Source: a virus | Lineage: Duplodnaviria > Heunggongvirae > Uroviricota > Caudoviricetes | IMG/VR virus record: IMGVR_UViG_3300006143_000002 | Strand: one strand, 5' to 3' | Length of the DNA: 64,000 nt | Part shown: positions 26,751-36,078 of the stretch, piece after piece | How the letters are laid out: each line of letters begins with the position of its first letter | How positions within the stretch are numbered: the stretch's first letter is position 1 | Made by a program: the position numbers and the translations under genes | The notes under the pieces: model-generated | Databases searched by the model: none | What the model saw: only the letters and a program-made list of their open reading frames with translations | What the model was told of the DNA's origin: nothing

Positions 26751-29597
26751 TTATCTATTTAGTCTAGTAATATCTAAAATTTGATATATTGCATTATCAT
26801 TATTTGCACTTATTAAATCAAAATACTCTACACCTTTTTCTTTTGCTGCATCTTCACTTGTTGCTTTAACATCATAATATTTATTTACAAAGGGATTACC
26901 CTTTAATGATAAAAACTCTGCTTTAACTCTATATGTTGATATTCTATGTACATCTTTAGAATTACCTTGTTTTACATCAGGAGCTGTAACAGGTCCTTTC
27001 TCTGTCCAAAAATCTCTTCCTTGTGCTTTACTTTTATTTATTCTATCTATTCTTGCATTTGTTTTTAATATAGGTGTATATGCTCTTTTATTATTTAATT
27101 GTGCTTGTTTACACCAATCAAGTCTATCTATCATATCTGTATCTACTAATGGCATAAAAATAGAATTTTCTCTTAATTTCTTTCTATGTTTTAATGATTC
27201 TAATGTTTTATCATACACATCGCTATTATCATTTATATTTTTAAGTAATATACTCATTAAATTTAGGTCATCTCTAGTATATTTAACTTCTCTTCTTCTC
27301 ATTCCTATTGCTTTTAATTTATTTTGACAATATGTATCTGTTGATTGAAATGGTTGTAACTCAATTTCATGTTCAACTTCTCTTCTATATTGCTCTAATA
27401 TATCTTCATGGTCGTTTGTTAATCTAACTAATTTATTTTTGTTTTTTGCATAATTAGTTAATACTTCTAAAGCATATATAATTTCATCAAGATGAGAATA
27501 TGTATCCCCAGAAATTCCCATTTGATTACATTTTCTTTCAAATGTATTATTAACTTCATCTATAATGGGTTGGTATCTATCTTCTGATTCTTCTGTTATT
27601 ACTTTTACTATATCTGTTAATTGCTCATCTGTAAAGCCACTTTCTATTATTTTTGTATTATCTGCATTTTGTTCAGTAATATTTTCAAGTTCTTCAGGTA
27701 TATCACCTGTCTTATGTATAATTATTTTTCCATTTTCTTTTAACTCTAAATCTCTTAAAAGTTTGTAGAATACATTTGCACCAAATACACCTTGATATTT
27801 TTTACAAAATTGAATATATACTTCTCTTTTTGTTTTACAATTTTTTAATAATTCAAGTACACTTTCTTTCATCTCATCTGTAAATTGGTTATATTTCTTA
27901 AATTCTAATTTACCTCTTCTGTTTGTTAAAGTATCAAGATATGTAGAATTATAGGAAACATTAAATTTCTTGTTTACTATATCCATACATTCTGATTTTG
28001 TATGGTTACTACATATTGTTTTTACAAATTCATATACTTCATCTGCTATTCCTTTATTAGATTTAGTTGTATTTTTATAACTTCTTGAATTAGCCATTCT
28101 ATTACCTATTTCTTCTTTTGTTTCTGTTCTGTAATTTAATTTTCTACTTTTTGCAAAATATATTAAGTTGTTATAAGTCATTTTAGATTGTAATTCAGGA
28201 AATTTAGATTGTAATATTCTTAATGCTTCTCTTATTGTATTACCATTTACTGCTTTAGCAACATCATCATATATGCTAGAATATATAGATTGTTTTATAA
28301 GCTTAGATTGATTATCTGTAACTTTTGATACTCTACTTGTTTTAATACCTTTTTTAGATAATCTTTGTCTAAATGCTACTATTGTTATATCTTTAAGTAC
28401 ATCTATTTTATTTCTAACTTTTTCTAATATTTCTGCTGATGTATAACCTTTATCTACATAACTTTTAATTAGTTCCCAATCATTATCAGTTAATGCACTT
28501 GCTCTTCCACCTCTTACAGATTCTTTTTTAAATGGTATTTCTTTTCTATGTATAAAATTATGTAATCCTTTATAATTGTAATTTTTAAATTCATCATTAC
28601 TATTTACTATTTCTAATAATTCATTTATTGTTTTATCCCCATTAAATGTTCTTAAATATTCCTCTAATTTTATGGATATAGGGTCAGTTTCTCTTCCCCT
28701 TTTAGGTTTTGGAGCTTTAGATACTTTTAAATCATTTAGTTTAGTAATAAATTGTATATAAGGATATTTATTTGGAAACACTAAATTAAATTTAGCAAAT
28801 ATAGATGCATTATCTGTATCTTCCTTTAATAACTCTTCTATATAAATTTCTTCTAAAAATGAGAATTTACCAATAGATTCTTTTGTATTGAATGCTTTAA
28901 CCATATCTAAATTACTAATCTCTTGTATAAATGTTTTTAAATCACATTTATTAGGAAACATACCAATAAATATATTATATACTTCTTTTAACCCACTACA
29001 ACTTTTTATTAGTCTTTCTATTTCTCTAGCCTCTTCATTTGTAAAAATACTTGAATTGTTTTTGAATTTAATTAAATATTTATTACACATTTCCTCTAGT
29101 TTAGGCATTGTCATTCCTAAATATGTATATTTGTTTTGTATCTTTTCTAAACTTTCTTCTATTGTATATTTATTACCTAATTCTTTTACATACTCTACTA
29201 TATCATTTGTATATCGCATGTTGCCCATCTCCTTTCCTGTTCCTATTAAGTTTAATTTTAATAACTTTTCTTCAAATTCTTTTTCTGTTAAATCTATATG
29301 GCTTTTTGGATATTTATTTCTAAATTCTTCAAATACCTCTTTTATCTCATTATTACTGTTTAAACATTCATAGATAAATTCTATTTCTTCTAATGAGAAT
29401 ATATCAAACTCACCTCTTTCAAAATAAGGTATTCCATTTTCTTTACAATACTGCTTTAAACTATTTATTGTATATTTAGATGATGTGTAAGTATTAACTA
29501 ATACTTTACAATTTTCAATATTCATTGATTTAGATATTCCTAAAATATAATTCTTTATGTCAGCATTGCTTTCAAATATCGAATATAAACCTGCCAT
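26751..29597 (-). CDS. large protein with six or more tandem ~30-60-aa repeats, function unknown
   Basis: 948 aa. Recurring module ...EI/VY..F...(F/Y)P.......F/L..L..., for example KEVFEEFRNKYP, KEVYNIFIGMFPNK, ASIFAKFNLVFPNKYP, REVYIQFCKKYQGV. AT-hook-like KPKRGR. Confidence 0.45.
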   Translation of the reverse strand: MAGLYSIFESNADIKNYILGISKSMNIENCKVLVNTYTSSKYTINSLKQYCKENGIPYFERGEFDIFSLEEIEFIYECLNSNNEIKEVFEEFRNKYPKSHIDLTEKEFEEKLLKLNLIGTGKEMGNMRYTNDIVEYVKELGNKYTIEESLEKIQNKYTYLGMTMPKLEEMCNKYLIKFKNNSSIFTNEEAREIERLIKSCSGLKEVYNIFIGMFPNKCDLKTFIQEISNLDMVKAFNTKESIGKFSFLEEIYIEELLKEDTDNASIFAKFNLVFPNKYPYIQFITKLNDLKVSKAPKPKRGRETDPISIKLEEYLRTFNGDKTINELLEIVNSNDEFKNYNYKGLHNFIHRKEIPFKKESVRGGRASALTDNDWELIKSYVDKGYTSAEILEKVRNKIDVLKDITIVAFRQRLSKKGIKTSRVSKVTDNQSKLIKQSIYSSIYDDVAKAVNGNTIREALRILQSKFPELQSKMTYNNLIYFAKSRKLNYRTETKEEIGNRMANSRSYKNTTKSNKGIADEVYEFVKTICSNHTKSECMDIVNKKFNVSYNSTYLDTLTNRRGKLEFKKYNQFTDEMKESVLELLKNCKTKREVYIQFCKKYQGVFGANVFYKLLRDLELKENGKIIIHKTGDIPEELENITEQNADNTKIIESGFTDEQLTDIVKVITEESEDRYQPIIDEVNNTFERKCNQMGISGDTYSHLDEIIYALEVLTNYAKNKNKLVRLTNDHEDILEQYRREVEHEIELQPFQSTDTYCQNKLKAIGMRRREVKYTRDDLNLMSILLKNINDNSDVYDKTLESLKHRKKLRENSIFMPLVDTDMIDRLDWCKQAQLNNKRAYTPILKTNARIDRINKSKAQGRDFWTEKGPVTAPDVKQGNSKDVHRISTYRVKAEFLSLKGNPFVNKYYDVKATSEDAAKEKGVEYFDLISANNDNAIYQILDITRLNR

Positions 29598-29627
29598 AGA
29601 TACACCTCCTTTTTAATATCTGTAATT

Positions 29628-29656
29628 ATATTACTATAAGTTTTAAAATTTGTCAA
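29628..29656 (-). promoter_or_regulatory. promoter TTGACA-N17-TAATAT (extended family)
   Basis: Reverse complement reads CCCTTGACAAATTTTAAAACTTATAGTAATAT. The -35 overlaps the stem of an upstream 14-bp terminator hairpin. Confidence 0.55.
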
Positions 29657-29699
29657 GGGTTTTTACTAAATTTATTAAATTATTTTTAGTAAAAACCCT
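29657..29699 (-). terminator. 14-bp-stem hairpin terminator overlapping the -35 of the next promoter
   Basis: GGGTTTTTACTAAA-(14-nt loop)-TTTAGTAAAAACCC directly after the ligA stop. Confidence 0.5.
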
Positions 29700-29704
29700 C
29701 TTCT

Positions 29705-31694
29705 TTAAAATAAACTATTATTTTTAGTATTTCCACCTATTAAATCTAAAAATGCTTGTTCTGTAATTATTTCAACACCATATTTTTGGGCATCTTTATT
29801 TTTGCTTGAACCACTATCTGGAGTATTTGTTATTAAATACTTACAAGACTTTATAGCACTTGATAGTTCATATCCATAACTTTCAATATACTTTTCAAAT
29901 GCACTTCTTTTCATTGTATTTAATGCACCTGTTACAGCAACTTTAATTATTTCTTTATTAGATACTTCTTTATACTTTATTCTATTTCCTATATATAATA
30001 TATTTTTTAATTTAGTTGTTTGATTTTCTATTATAGATTTAGTTGTAGCTTCTTTGACAATTTTTAATAACTTGTCACTTAGAATATTATCTATATATCC
30101 TAAACCTTTTATATCATTTATTAGCTGCTTTACTGTATTTGTTTCTTTTGCTAAATCTTTTGCAGTTTTATCACCTAATCTTGGGATATTTAAAGCAATT
30201 AAAGCTTTTTCTACATCTACCTTATTATTATATAGTTTTCCAAAAAATTCTACAGCCTTTCTATCTGTTATACTTAAATTAGATAAGTAAGCCCAGCTAT
30301 CAATTTTTTCTTTAGTTTCTAAACAATATAAATCTGATATACTCATGATTCTAAATTTTACTAAATATTGTTCCATAAGTGTCCAAGCCATACCATCTGT
30401 TTCGCCTATTGTTTCACACCATTGTCTTAAATCACTATATTCTATATTTGGACAATCTTTAAATGCACATTTTAAATCTACACCATCCCAAATTAAAGTA
30501 TGTCCACATATTGAGCATTTTTCTGGTAAATCTACATCTGCTGCTTCTAATGTGTCCATGTGCTTTGGAATAACCTCACCACTTCTGCATACAGAAATTG
30601 TAGCACCAACACCTAAACCATTATCTAATAAATATTGAGCATTATTTCCAGTTACATTATGCACTACTGCACCAGACAATTCTATTGGCTCAATTTCTAA
30701 TACTGGTATATATCTTTGTGTTCTTGATAATTCCCATTTAATATTATTTATTGTAGTTTCTTTTTCTTCTGCTGCAAATTTAAAAGCACACTCATCATAA
30801 ATATATGATTTTGCATCTTCATGATATATAACTTCTGTATTTGAGATTACAACACCATCTAATTCGTATCCCATCGTATATTTAAAACTTTCAAATGTAT
30901 CTTTCATATATTCTTCAAATTTATCTTTTCTATCTAATATAGTGGTAACAGTTTCAATAACATTCTTAAAATTCCACTTCAACCAATCTTTAATGTCTTC
31001 TTTGGCTGGATTTCTTCTACTACATACACTATCTGTAACAATATTATTCATATCCCTTTCTTGTCCTGTTATTTTATAAGTTATAAAATCAATTAATTTT
31101 ATATCATCTATTGAATAATCTTTAGAGTTTATCCAACCAGCACATAAATTTCTTGCATTTTTAGCTTCGGGATATTTATATTTAACCTTTTCCCAGTTTT
31201 CAACAGATATTTCTAATTCTCCTCTTACACCACCTGTAAAATTCTTATCTTCTATTTCATTACCTACAATTATTCTCGCCTTATCTGTAATATCTTTTCC
31301 CTCTTGACCATTACCTCTTGTAACTGCTTTAATCAATTTACCACCTTCATAATAAAATACACCAGTTAAACCATCTAGTTTAGGAGATAAAGATACAAAC
31401 CCATTTTTAAATCTTTCAGGAACTTCATCATAAGTTCTACATTTATCAAGACTTTTTACTAATTGATACTTATGTTTTACTTTATGCCCTGTTTGTTTGT
31501 AACCCCATCCGAGGAACTTGCAATATTTTAGAAGTAGGATTTAATAATCTTAGTCTATCAACCAAATTATCAAACTCTACATCTGTCAATGTTTGTGTAC
31601 CATCTGTATAATACTTCTCAGACTGTTCCTTTATAATTCTTTCTAATTTTTCAATTTCTTCTTTTTCATAATCACCGAATAACACAATAGTCAC
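29705..31694 (-). CDS. ligA: NAD+-dependent DNA ligase (LigA), split into two ORFs by a 1-nt frame shift at a CAAACAAACA repeat (~31486..31500)
   Basis: Upstream 70-aa ORF carries domain Ia (YYTDGTQTLTDVEFDNL...PTSKILQVPRMG). After a +1 shift the frame continues HKVKHKYQLVKSLDK...KLDG (adenylation motif I)...TRGNGQEGKDIT, then a Cys4 Zn finger CSICGHT..C and a C-terminal BRCT-like domain. Total ~663 aa. Confidence 0.65.
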
Positions 31695-32565
31695 ACTCCT
31701 TATTAAATATTCCTTTTTTTATATGATGTCTTATGTGCATAGCCAATTTCATACTCTTACCAAAATTTGGATTAGATTTACCTTTCATAGAACCATCTCT
31801 AATACCAGATTTAAGCTCTGCTTTATATGTATTCCACTTTTCTGATTTTATCATGCCATTTTTAGTAGATATAGATGTTTTTTCTCTTTCCAGTACATTA
31901 CTAAATCTTTCTTTCTGTGCATTTGATAAATTTTGTTTCATACTATCTGTAAAATGTTTACCATACATCGGATTTTTATCTCCTGATAAATCAGATTTTT
32001 TATGCCTTCCCTCCTTGTATGCCAATTTTAAAGATATACTTCTTTTATTTCTTTCACTTTCTGTTTGTATTCTTCCTTTATTATACTTACCCATATCTTT
32101 ACTCTTCAATGTTTCTGATATTCTTTTTCTGGTTTCTTCACTGTGATAATATCCATATAACTCTATTTTTCTTTTCATAGATTCTTTTAACTTATTTCTT
32201 GTTTCTTGTGGTATTTTTCTTTCTTTTGCACTTAAAGACATTTTTTCTTTTGTTGATAGAGTATGTTCATCTTTTGAACCTTTTCCACCATGTTGAATAT
32301 TATAACAATATTCATCTTCTAGAACTTCTTTGGTTATGATTTCATTTTCAAATTTCAAAGCTTCATCATGACTTTCAAAAAATTTTATGATTTCTCTACT
32401 AAAACTTTCTTTCCCATACTTTCTAACTGCATTTAAAAAATGATACCCAGAACCAATATAACCATCATTTATGTTATTTGTACTATGAACACCATAGTAA
32501 TAATAAGGTGTTCCAATCCTTCTTGTGATATAAACAAAATGATACTTTTTCATATAATATTTCAC
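31672..32565 (-). CDS. GIY-YIG homing-endonuclease-like protein
   Basis: N-terminus YHFVYITRRIGTPYYYYGVHST...GYIGSG has GIY-x10-YIG spacing. K/S-rich C-terminus. Lies directly upstream of ligA. Confidence 0.5.
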   Translation of the reverse strand: MKYYMKKYHFVYITRRIGTPYYYYGVHSTNNINDGYIGSGYHFLNAVRKYGKESFSREIIKFFESHDEALKFENEIITKEVLEDEYCYNIQHGGKGSKDEHTLSTKEKMSLSAKERKIPQETRNKLKESMKRKIELYGYYHSEETRKRISETLKSKDMGKYNKGRIQTESERNKRSISLKLAYKEGRHKKSDLSGDKNPMYGKHFTDSMKQNLSNAQKERFSNVLEREKTSISTKNGMIKSEKWNTYKAELKSGIRDGSMKGKSNPNFGKSMKLAMHIRHHIKKGIFNKECDYCVIR

Positions 32566-32584
32566 CTCATTAATATTTTACTAA
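32565..32584 (-). promoter_or_regulatory. conserved late-gene motif (AGTAAAATATTAATGAGGTG)
   Basis: Here the GAGG of the motif doubles as the RBS, 9 nt before the ATG of the GIY-YIG gene. Confidence 0.4.
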
Positions 32585-32614
32585 ATATGTTACTAATGAA
32601 GTACCCTGATAATA

Positions 32615-32920
32615 TCATACACTATCAATATAACCATTACCAAATCTATCTCTTACATCATCTATTATATCTTCAAACCTTACCACATTATGTCTTTTTA
32701 GTAATTTTGAAAATGAGATACTTTTTTCTGTACTAACTATAGCACTCCAGAAATAATGTAATATTCCTTCTGGGTTTCTTTGTTGCATTCTCATTCTAGT
32801 ATATCTTGCACCTTGTGACATTTCAGGTATATTATTTTCTGTACCATATTGTATTGCTGGTTCAAATATGGTTTCATTAAAATAATTTAACATTTCTTCT
32901 TTTCTTTCTTGTTCTAACAT
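32615..32920 (-). CDS. hypothetical protein
   Basis: 101-aa ORF. Confidence 0.3.
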   Translation of the reverse strand: MLEQERKEEMLNYFNETIFEPAIQYGTENNIPEMSQGARYTRMRMQQRNPEGILHYFWSAIVSTEKSISFSKLLKRHNVVRFEDIIDDVRDRFGNGYIDSV

Positions 32921-32921
32921 A

Positions 32922-33137
32922 TTATCTACCCTCCATTTCTTCTTTTAAAAATTTTATAAAATCATCTGAATTCATATCACAATTTACTAATCCATTTATA
33001 TTATCTATAACAAAGTTAATATCTAACTCTAAATCATCAATTAAATAATCTTTAAGTTCCCAATATAATTTATGTACTATCTCTGCATGCTTACCTAATT
33101 TTTTTATTTGTTCTTTTCTATATTTTGGTAATTTCAT
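32922..33137 (-). CDS. hypothetical small protein
   Basis: 71-aa ORF. Confidence 0.3.
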   Translation of the reverse strand: MKLPKYRKEQIKKLGKHAEIVHKLYWELKDYLIDDLELDINFVIDNINGLVNCDMNSDDFIKFLKEEMEGR

Positions 33138-33138
33138 A

Positions 33139-33477
33139 TTAATCTACCTCCAACTTATATACTTTTATATTTTTTGGTTCATATATACATATTATAAAAA
33201 TATTATCATAATCCTTTATATATAATACATAAGATTTACCTCTATTATGATTTCCTTCTGCATAGGAACCACATCTATATCTCCAAATAACACTTGCATA
33301 TAAATTTATCCTAGCAACTAAATCTTGGATTACTTCATCTTTTGTAAATTCATTATACTTTGATGATGTCCATTTTATTATTTTGTTTAGATTAGTTCTA
33401 CTATATTTTAAGTTTTCATAACTTCCTATATCTATATAATTTTTAATTATATCTGAAATACCATCATAATATGCCAT
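33139..33477 (-). CDS. hypothetical protein
   Basis: 112-aa ORF. Confidence 0.3.
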   Translation of the reverse strand: MAYYDGISDIIKNYIDIGSYENLKYSRTNLNKIIKWTSSKYNEFTKDEVIQDLVARINLYASVIWRYRCGSYAEGNHNRGKSYVLYIKDYDNIFIICIYEPKNIKVYKLEVD

Positions 33478-33489
33478 GTTTTGTTCCTC

Positions 33490-33900
33490 CTATAATATAA
33501 CCATTTGCTTAGTTTCTAAAAAGTAGTAAATAACTTCTCCATTTTCACATTTATCTTCTACTCCATCAACTATATCTATTGAAAGAGATGTAGTTAAATA
33601 TTTAATACTATCTAAATGTTCTTTTTCTATATATGCTAATATACTTTTTCTAATAACTTCAATAAACTTTTCAATATCTGCATTAGTTAATTTATCTTTA
33701 TCTAAAAATACTTTATCTAATAAATCATGTGCTTCAATATAGAGTTCTCTATATTTTAATAAACTATCATAATCATCTAAATATTTATATTTATCGGAAG
33801 CACTATAATAATTTTTAAACCAAAATCTATCCCAATAGTTCTTTAAATCTTCTGTATAATCATTATCACTAAAACTTGTTCTTATAATCATTTTAATCAC
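33490..33900 (-). CDS. hypothetical protein
   Basis: 136-aa ORF. Confidence 0.3.
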   Translation of the reverse strand: MIKMIIRTSFSDNDYTEDLKNYWDRFWFKNYYSASDKYKYLDDYDSLLKYRELYIEAHDLLDKVFLDKDKLTNADIEKFIEVIRKSILAYIEKEHLDSIKYLTTSLSIDIVDGVEDKCENGEVIYYFLETKQMVIL

Positions 33901-34024
33901 TTCCTTTTCTTTTTATTGCTTCTTTTACTTAGATTTTTAAAAAATCTATCTTGATATTCTTTTACATTTTTCTTTCTCTGTCTTTCTTGATACTCATAAT
34001 TAATATGTTGTAAATCAGGTTCCA

Positions 34025-34513
34025 TTAATTATCTCCTTTCTTTAATCTTTTCTGTTGTTCTTTTTGTAATTTTTCAACTCTTTCTGCATTTAATTTTACT
34101 TGCTTTTGATTTTCTTCATATTCATTCTTTTTGAAATCTCCAAAATCTATAATTGATTTTATTAGACTTTGTGTTCTACCAAGAAAACTATATACATATT
34201 CTATATTATCATTACAATCATTTTTATTTCTTTTGAAGTTTTTAACATCATTTTTAAATAAATTAAAATTATTCATTAGCATATAGATTATATCTAATCT
34301 TTTTTGATTGTCCATTGCAATATATACAACATCTGCCATAAATGATGGTGGTCCTACCTGACTTAAATTCATACATGCTTTCGCAATATCCTCATTCAAT
34401 TTACTTAAATTTATAGTATTTACTACACAATCTTTTAATTCTACTAAATCTTCTGTTGATAATAAATCTATATCTATATTGTTTATATTTTTAATTATTA
34501 ATTCATTTGCCAT
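34025..34513 (-). CDS. hypothetical protein
   Basis: 162 aa, K/E-rich C-terminus. Consensus promoter at 34557..34585. Confidence 0.3.
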   Translation of the reverse strand: MANELIIKNINNIDIDLLSTEDLVELKDCVVNTINLSKLNEDIAKACMNLSQVGPPSFMADVVYIAMDNQKRLDIIYMLMNNFNLFKNDVKNFKRNKNDCNDNIEYVYSFLGRTQSLIKSIIDFGDFKKNEYEENQKQVKLNAERVEKLQKEQQKRLKKGDN

Positions 34514-34556
34514 TTATAACACCTTCCTACAAATATTATAACATCTTCTTATATCT

Positions 34557-34585
34557 ATTATACTATAAGTTTTAAAATATGTCAA
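34557..34585 (-). promoter_or_regulatory. consensus promoter (extended family)
   Basis: Reverse complement reads CTTGACATATTTTAAAACTTATAGTATAAT. Confidence 0.6.
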
Positions 34586-34593
34586 GCATTTTT

Positions 34594-34628
34594 GAAAATA
34601 AAAATAAGTAGGAATAAACCTACTTATT
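34594..34628 (-). terminator. terminator of the tRNA operon
   Basis: AATAAGTAGG-TTTATT-CCTACTTATT plus TTTTTATTTTC. Confidence 0.5.
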
Positions 34629-34767
34629 TATAATTATTTACCCAAGTAACAAATATACTTTCTTTAAACCACTACTCATATATTTGTTATTTAGATAGGT
34701 TATTATCCTGTGGGATTGGCTTTCTTTAGGCTCTTGAAGTGCTATTCCCACCAAGTTGAACCTGTTA

Positions 34768-34859
34768 TGGCGACATAGCTAGGATTTGAACCTAGGAACC
34801 CATTTCTGGATTGCCAGTTTTCAAGACTGGTGCATTAAACCAAACTCTGCCACTATGCC
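34768..34859 (-). tRNA. tRNA-Ser (anticodon TGA), type II
   Basis: 92 nt: acceptor GGCATAG/CTATGTC, 3-bp D-stem with long loop, anticodon stem CCAGT/ACTGG with loop CTTGAAA, long variable arm, T-arm CTAGG-TTCAAAT-CCTAG, encoded CCA. Confidence 0.6.
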
Positions 34860-34872
34860 CTATTTTTATTTA

Positions 34873-34944
34873 CAGCCATTGTTGGATTCGAACCAACCTC
34901 TCCTTACATTAGTAAAGTAATTTTTCCTACTAAACTAAATGACT
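34873..34944 (-). tRNA. tRNA-like gene, non-canonical (good acceptor and T-arm, aberrant D/anticodon region)
   Basis: Acceptor AGTCATT/AATGGCT, T-arm GTTGG-TTCGAAT-CCAAC. The central region folds as CTTTAC-TAAT-GTAAGG rather than a 7-nt anticodon loop. Confidence 0.3.
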
Positions 34945-35032
34945 ATATTAAAAAGATGCTTGATTTCTGCAGCTCTCAGCATCTTTTTGCCTAATCTCTA
35001 TATAGTGAATTCTGCCTATATATTTTAGACTT

Positions 35033-35103
35033 GCCTTTGAAATGGATTCGAACCATTGACTCCCTGTCGCATACAGGGGATTTTCCCACTAAACTATCAA
35101 AGG
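35033..35103 (-). tRNA. tRNA-like gene, anticodon loop TATGCGA (possible TGC/Ala, with A at position 33)
   Basis: Acceptor CCTTTGA/TCAAAGG, anticodon stem CCCTG/CAGGG, T-arm AATGG-TTCGAAT-CCATT. The D-arm is irregular. Confidence 0.35.
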
Positions 35104-35197
35104 GTATAATGTAAAGTAGGAGTAAATTATATTGACGTCAAATATAAATTTTATATCTAATGCGAGATACTATATTAACCTACTTTATTTTTGCATA

Positions 35198-35259
35198 TCA
35201 CCTGTTATGGATTCGAACCACTTTCTCCTATACATATATTTTCATACATGCAGCAGGTG
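35198..35259 (-). tRNA. tRNA-like fragment (T-arm and acceptor only, ~62 nt)
   Basis: TTCGAAT T-loop with a 6-bp acceptor. Too short for a D-arm and anticodon arm, so probably a pseudo-tRNA. Confidence 0.2.
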
Positions 35260-35264
35260 TTATT

Positions 35265-35339
35265 TGGTCGCAGGGGTTGGATTTGAACCAACATCGTCCG
35301 AAATATGGGCTCAGCTATGCTATATTACACCACCCTGCT
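35265..35339 (-). tRNA. tRNA-like gene, possible CAT anticodon, non-canonical
   Basis: Acceptor (A)GCAGGG/CCCTGC(G) with a 1:72 mismatch, T-arm GTTGG-TTCAAAT-CCAAC, encoded CCA. Anticodon stem CTGAG/TTCGG has wobble pairs and loop CCCATAT. D-arm is poor. Confidence 0.3.
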
Positions 35340-35343
35340 ATAT

Positions 35344-35419
35344 TGGGTGCGAGGGCTGGATTCGAACCAGCGAACTCTAGCTTATGAGGCTAGTGAGATG
35401 CCAACTTCTCCACCTCGCA
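35344..35419 (-). tRNA. tRNA-Met/Ile2 (anticodon CAT)
   Basis: 76-nt canonical cloverleaf: acceptor TGCGAGG/CCTCGCA, D-stem GAGA/TCTC, anticodon stem CTAGC/GCTAG with loop CTCATAA, T-arm GCTGG-TTCGAAT-CCAGC, discriminator C and CCA. Confidence 0.65.
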
Positions 35420-35454
35420 GTATTAAATTATTAGCATTACCTAATTAAAGGCTG

Positions 35455-35526
35455 GTCGAGTACATTGGATTCAAACCAATTCCATCATCCACCTGTTGGA
35501 TGCCGTGCACCATACACCATACTCGA
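35455..35526 (-). tRNA. tRNA-like gene, anticodon loop AACAGGT (non-canonical, no U33)
   Basis: Perfect 7-bp acceptor TCGAGTA/TACTCGA, D-stem GTGT/GCAC, anticodon stem CATCC/GGATG, T-arm ATTGG-TTTGAAT-CCAAT with one extra nucleotide before the acceptor. Confidence 0.35.
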
Positions 35527-35700
35527 TATATATATATACAAATGATTTAAGGTATATCATCAACCACACATCGAGCATTATTTATTTTTCATAGACTAAA
35601 CTATGATTAATCTATTTCATCTCATGCTCTATTTTGTTCACCTTTGAGAACCCTATGAAATAGATTATATATTACTTATACATAATATATAACATCTTTA

Positions 35701-35793
35701 TGGCGATAAGGGAGGGATTCGAACCCTCGATACATAATTAAATGTATGTCTCCTTAGCAGAGAGATGGTTTAAACCTACTCACCCACCTTACC
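35701..35793 (-). tRNA. tRNA-Ser (anticodon GCT), type II
   Basis: 93 nt: acceptor GGTAAGG/CCTTATC, anticodon stem TCTCT/GGAGA with loop CTGCTAA, long variable-arm hairpin ATACAT...ATGTAT, T-arm GAGGG-TTCGAAT-CCCTC, discriminator G and CCA. Confidence 0.6.
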
Positions 35794-36007
35794 ATTATAT
35801 TTTTAAATTGGTGAGATTCATAAACAACTAACTTTAGTCCCAGTAGAACGGATATTACCTTCATATTGCAATTCTCTTGTGTATGGTCATAGCAATACAT
35901 ATCTACAAAGTTTTAGTCCAGATATTCCATACATACTAATATCTAGTTTTATTTTAGTTGATTTGTGTACAACTCTGTTTAGTACCACATACACTTTGGT
36001 ACTTTTT

Positions 36008-36078
36008 CAGGGTATTGCAGGACTCGAACCTTAACTCTCTGCAATAGCAGATTGTTTTACCATTTAAACTATCAACCC
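36008..36078 (-). tRNA. degenerate tRNA-like element (perfect D-arm, weak acceptor and T-stem)
   Basis: GGGTTGA-TA-GTTT-AAATGGTA-AAAC D-arm and T-loop TTCGAGT. Acceptor pairs only 4 bp. Anticodon loop has 6 nt. Confidence 0.25.

Noticed and set aside
34690-34767. tRNA-like signal just below tRNA-Ser (GTGGGA...TCCCAC long-range pairing)
   Set aside because: No T-arm consensus or cloverleaf could be built. It is probably just the operon's 3' trailer
35132-35387. Two plus-strand ORFs (82 and 75 aa) inside the tRNA array
   Set aside because: They overlap tRNA genes on the opposite strand, and their GFEPxxS peptides are just translated T-arm sequence
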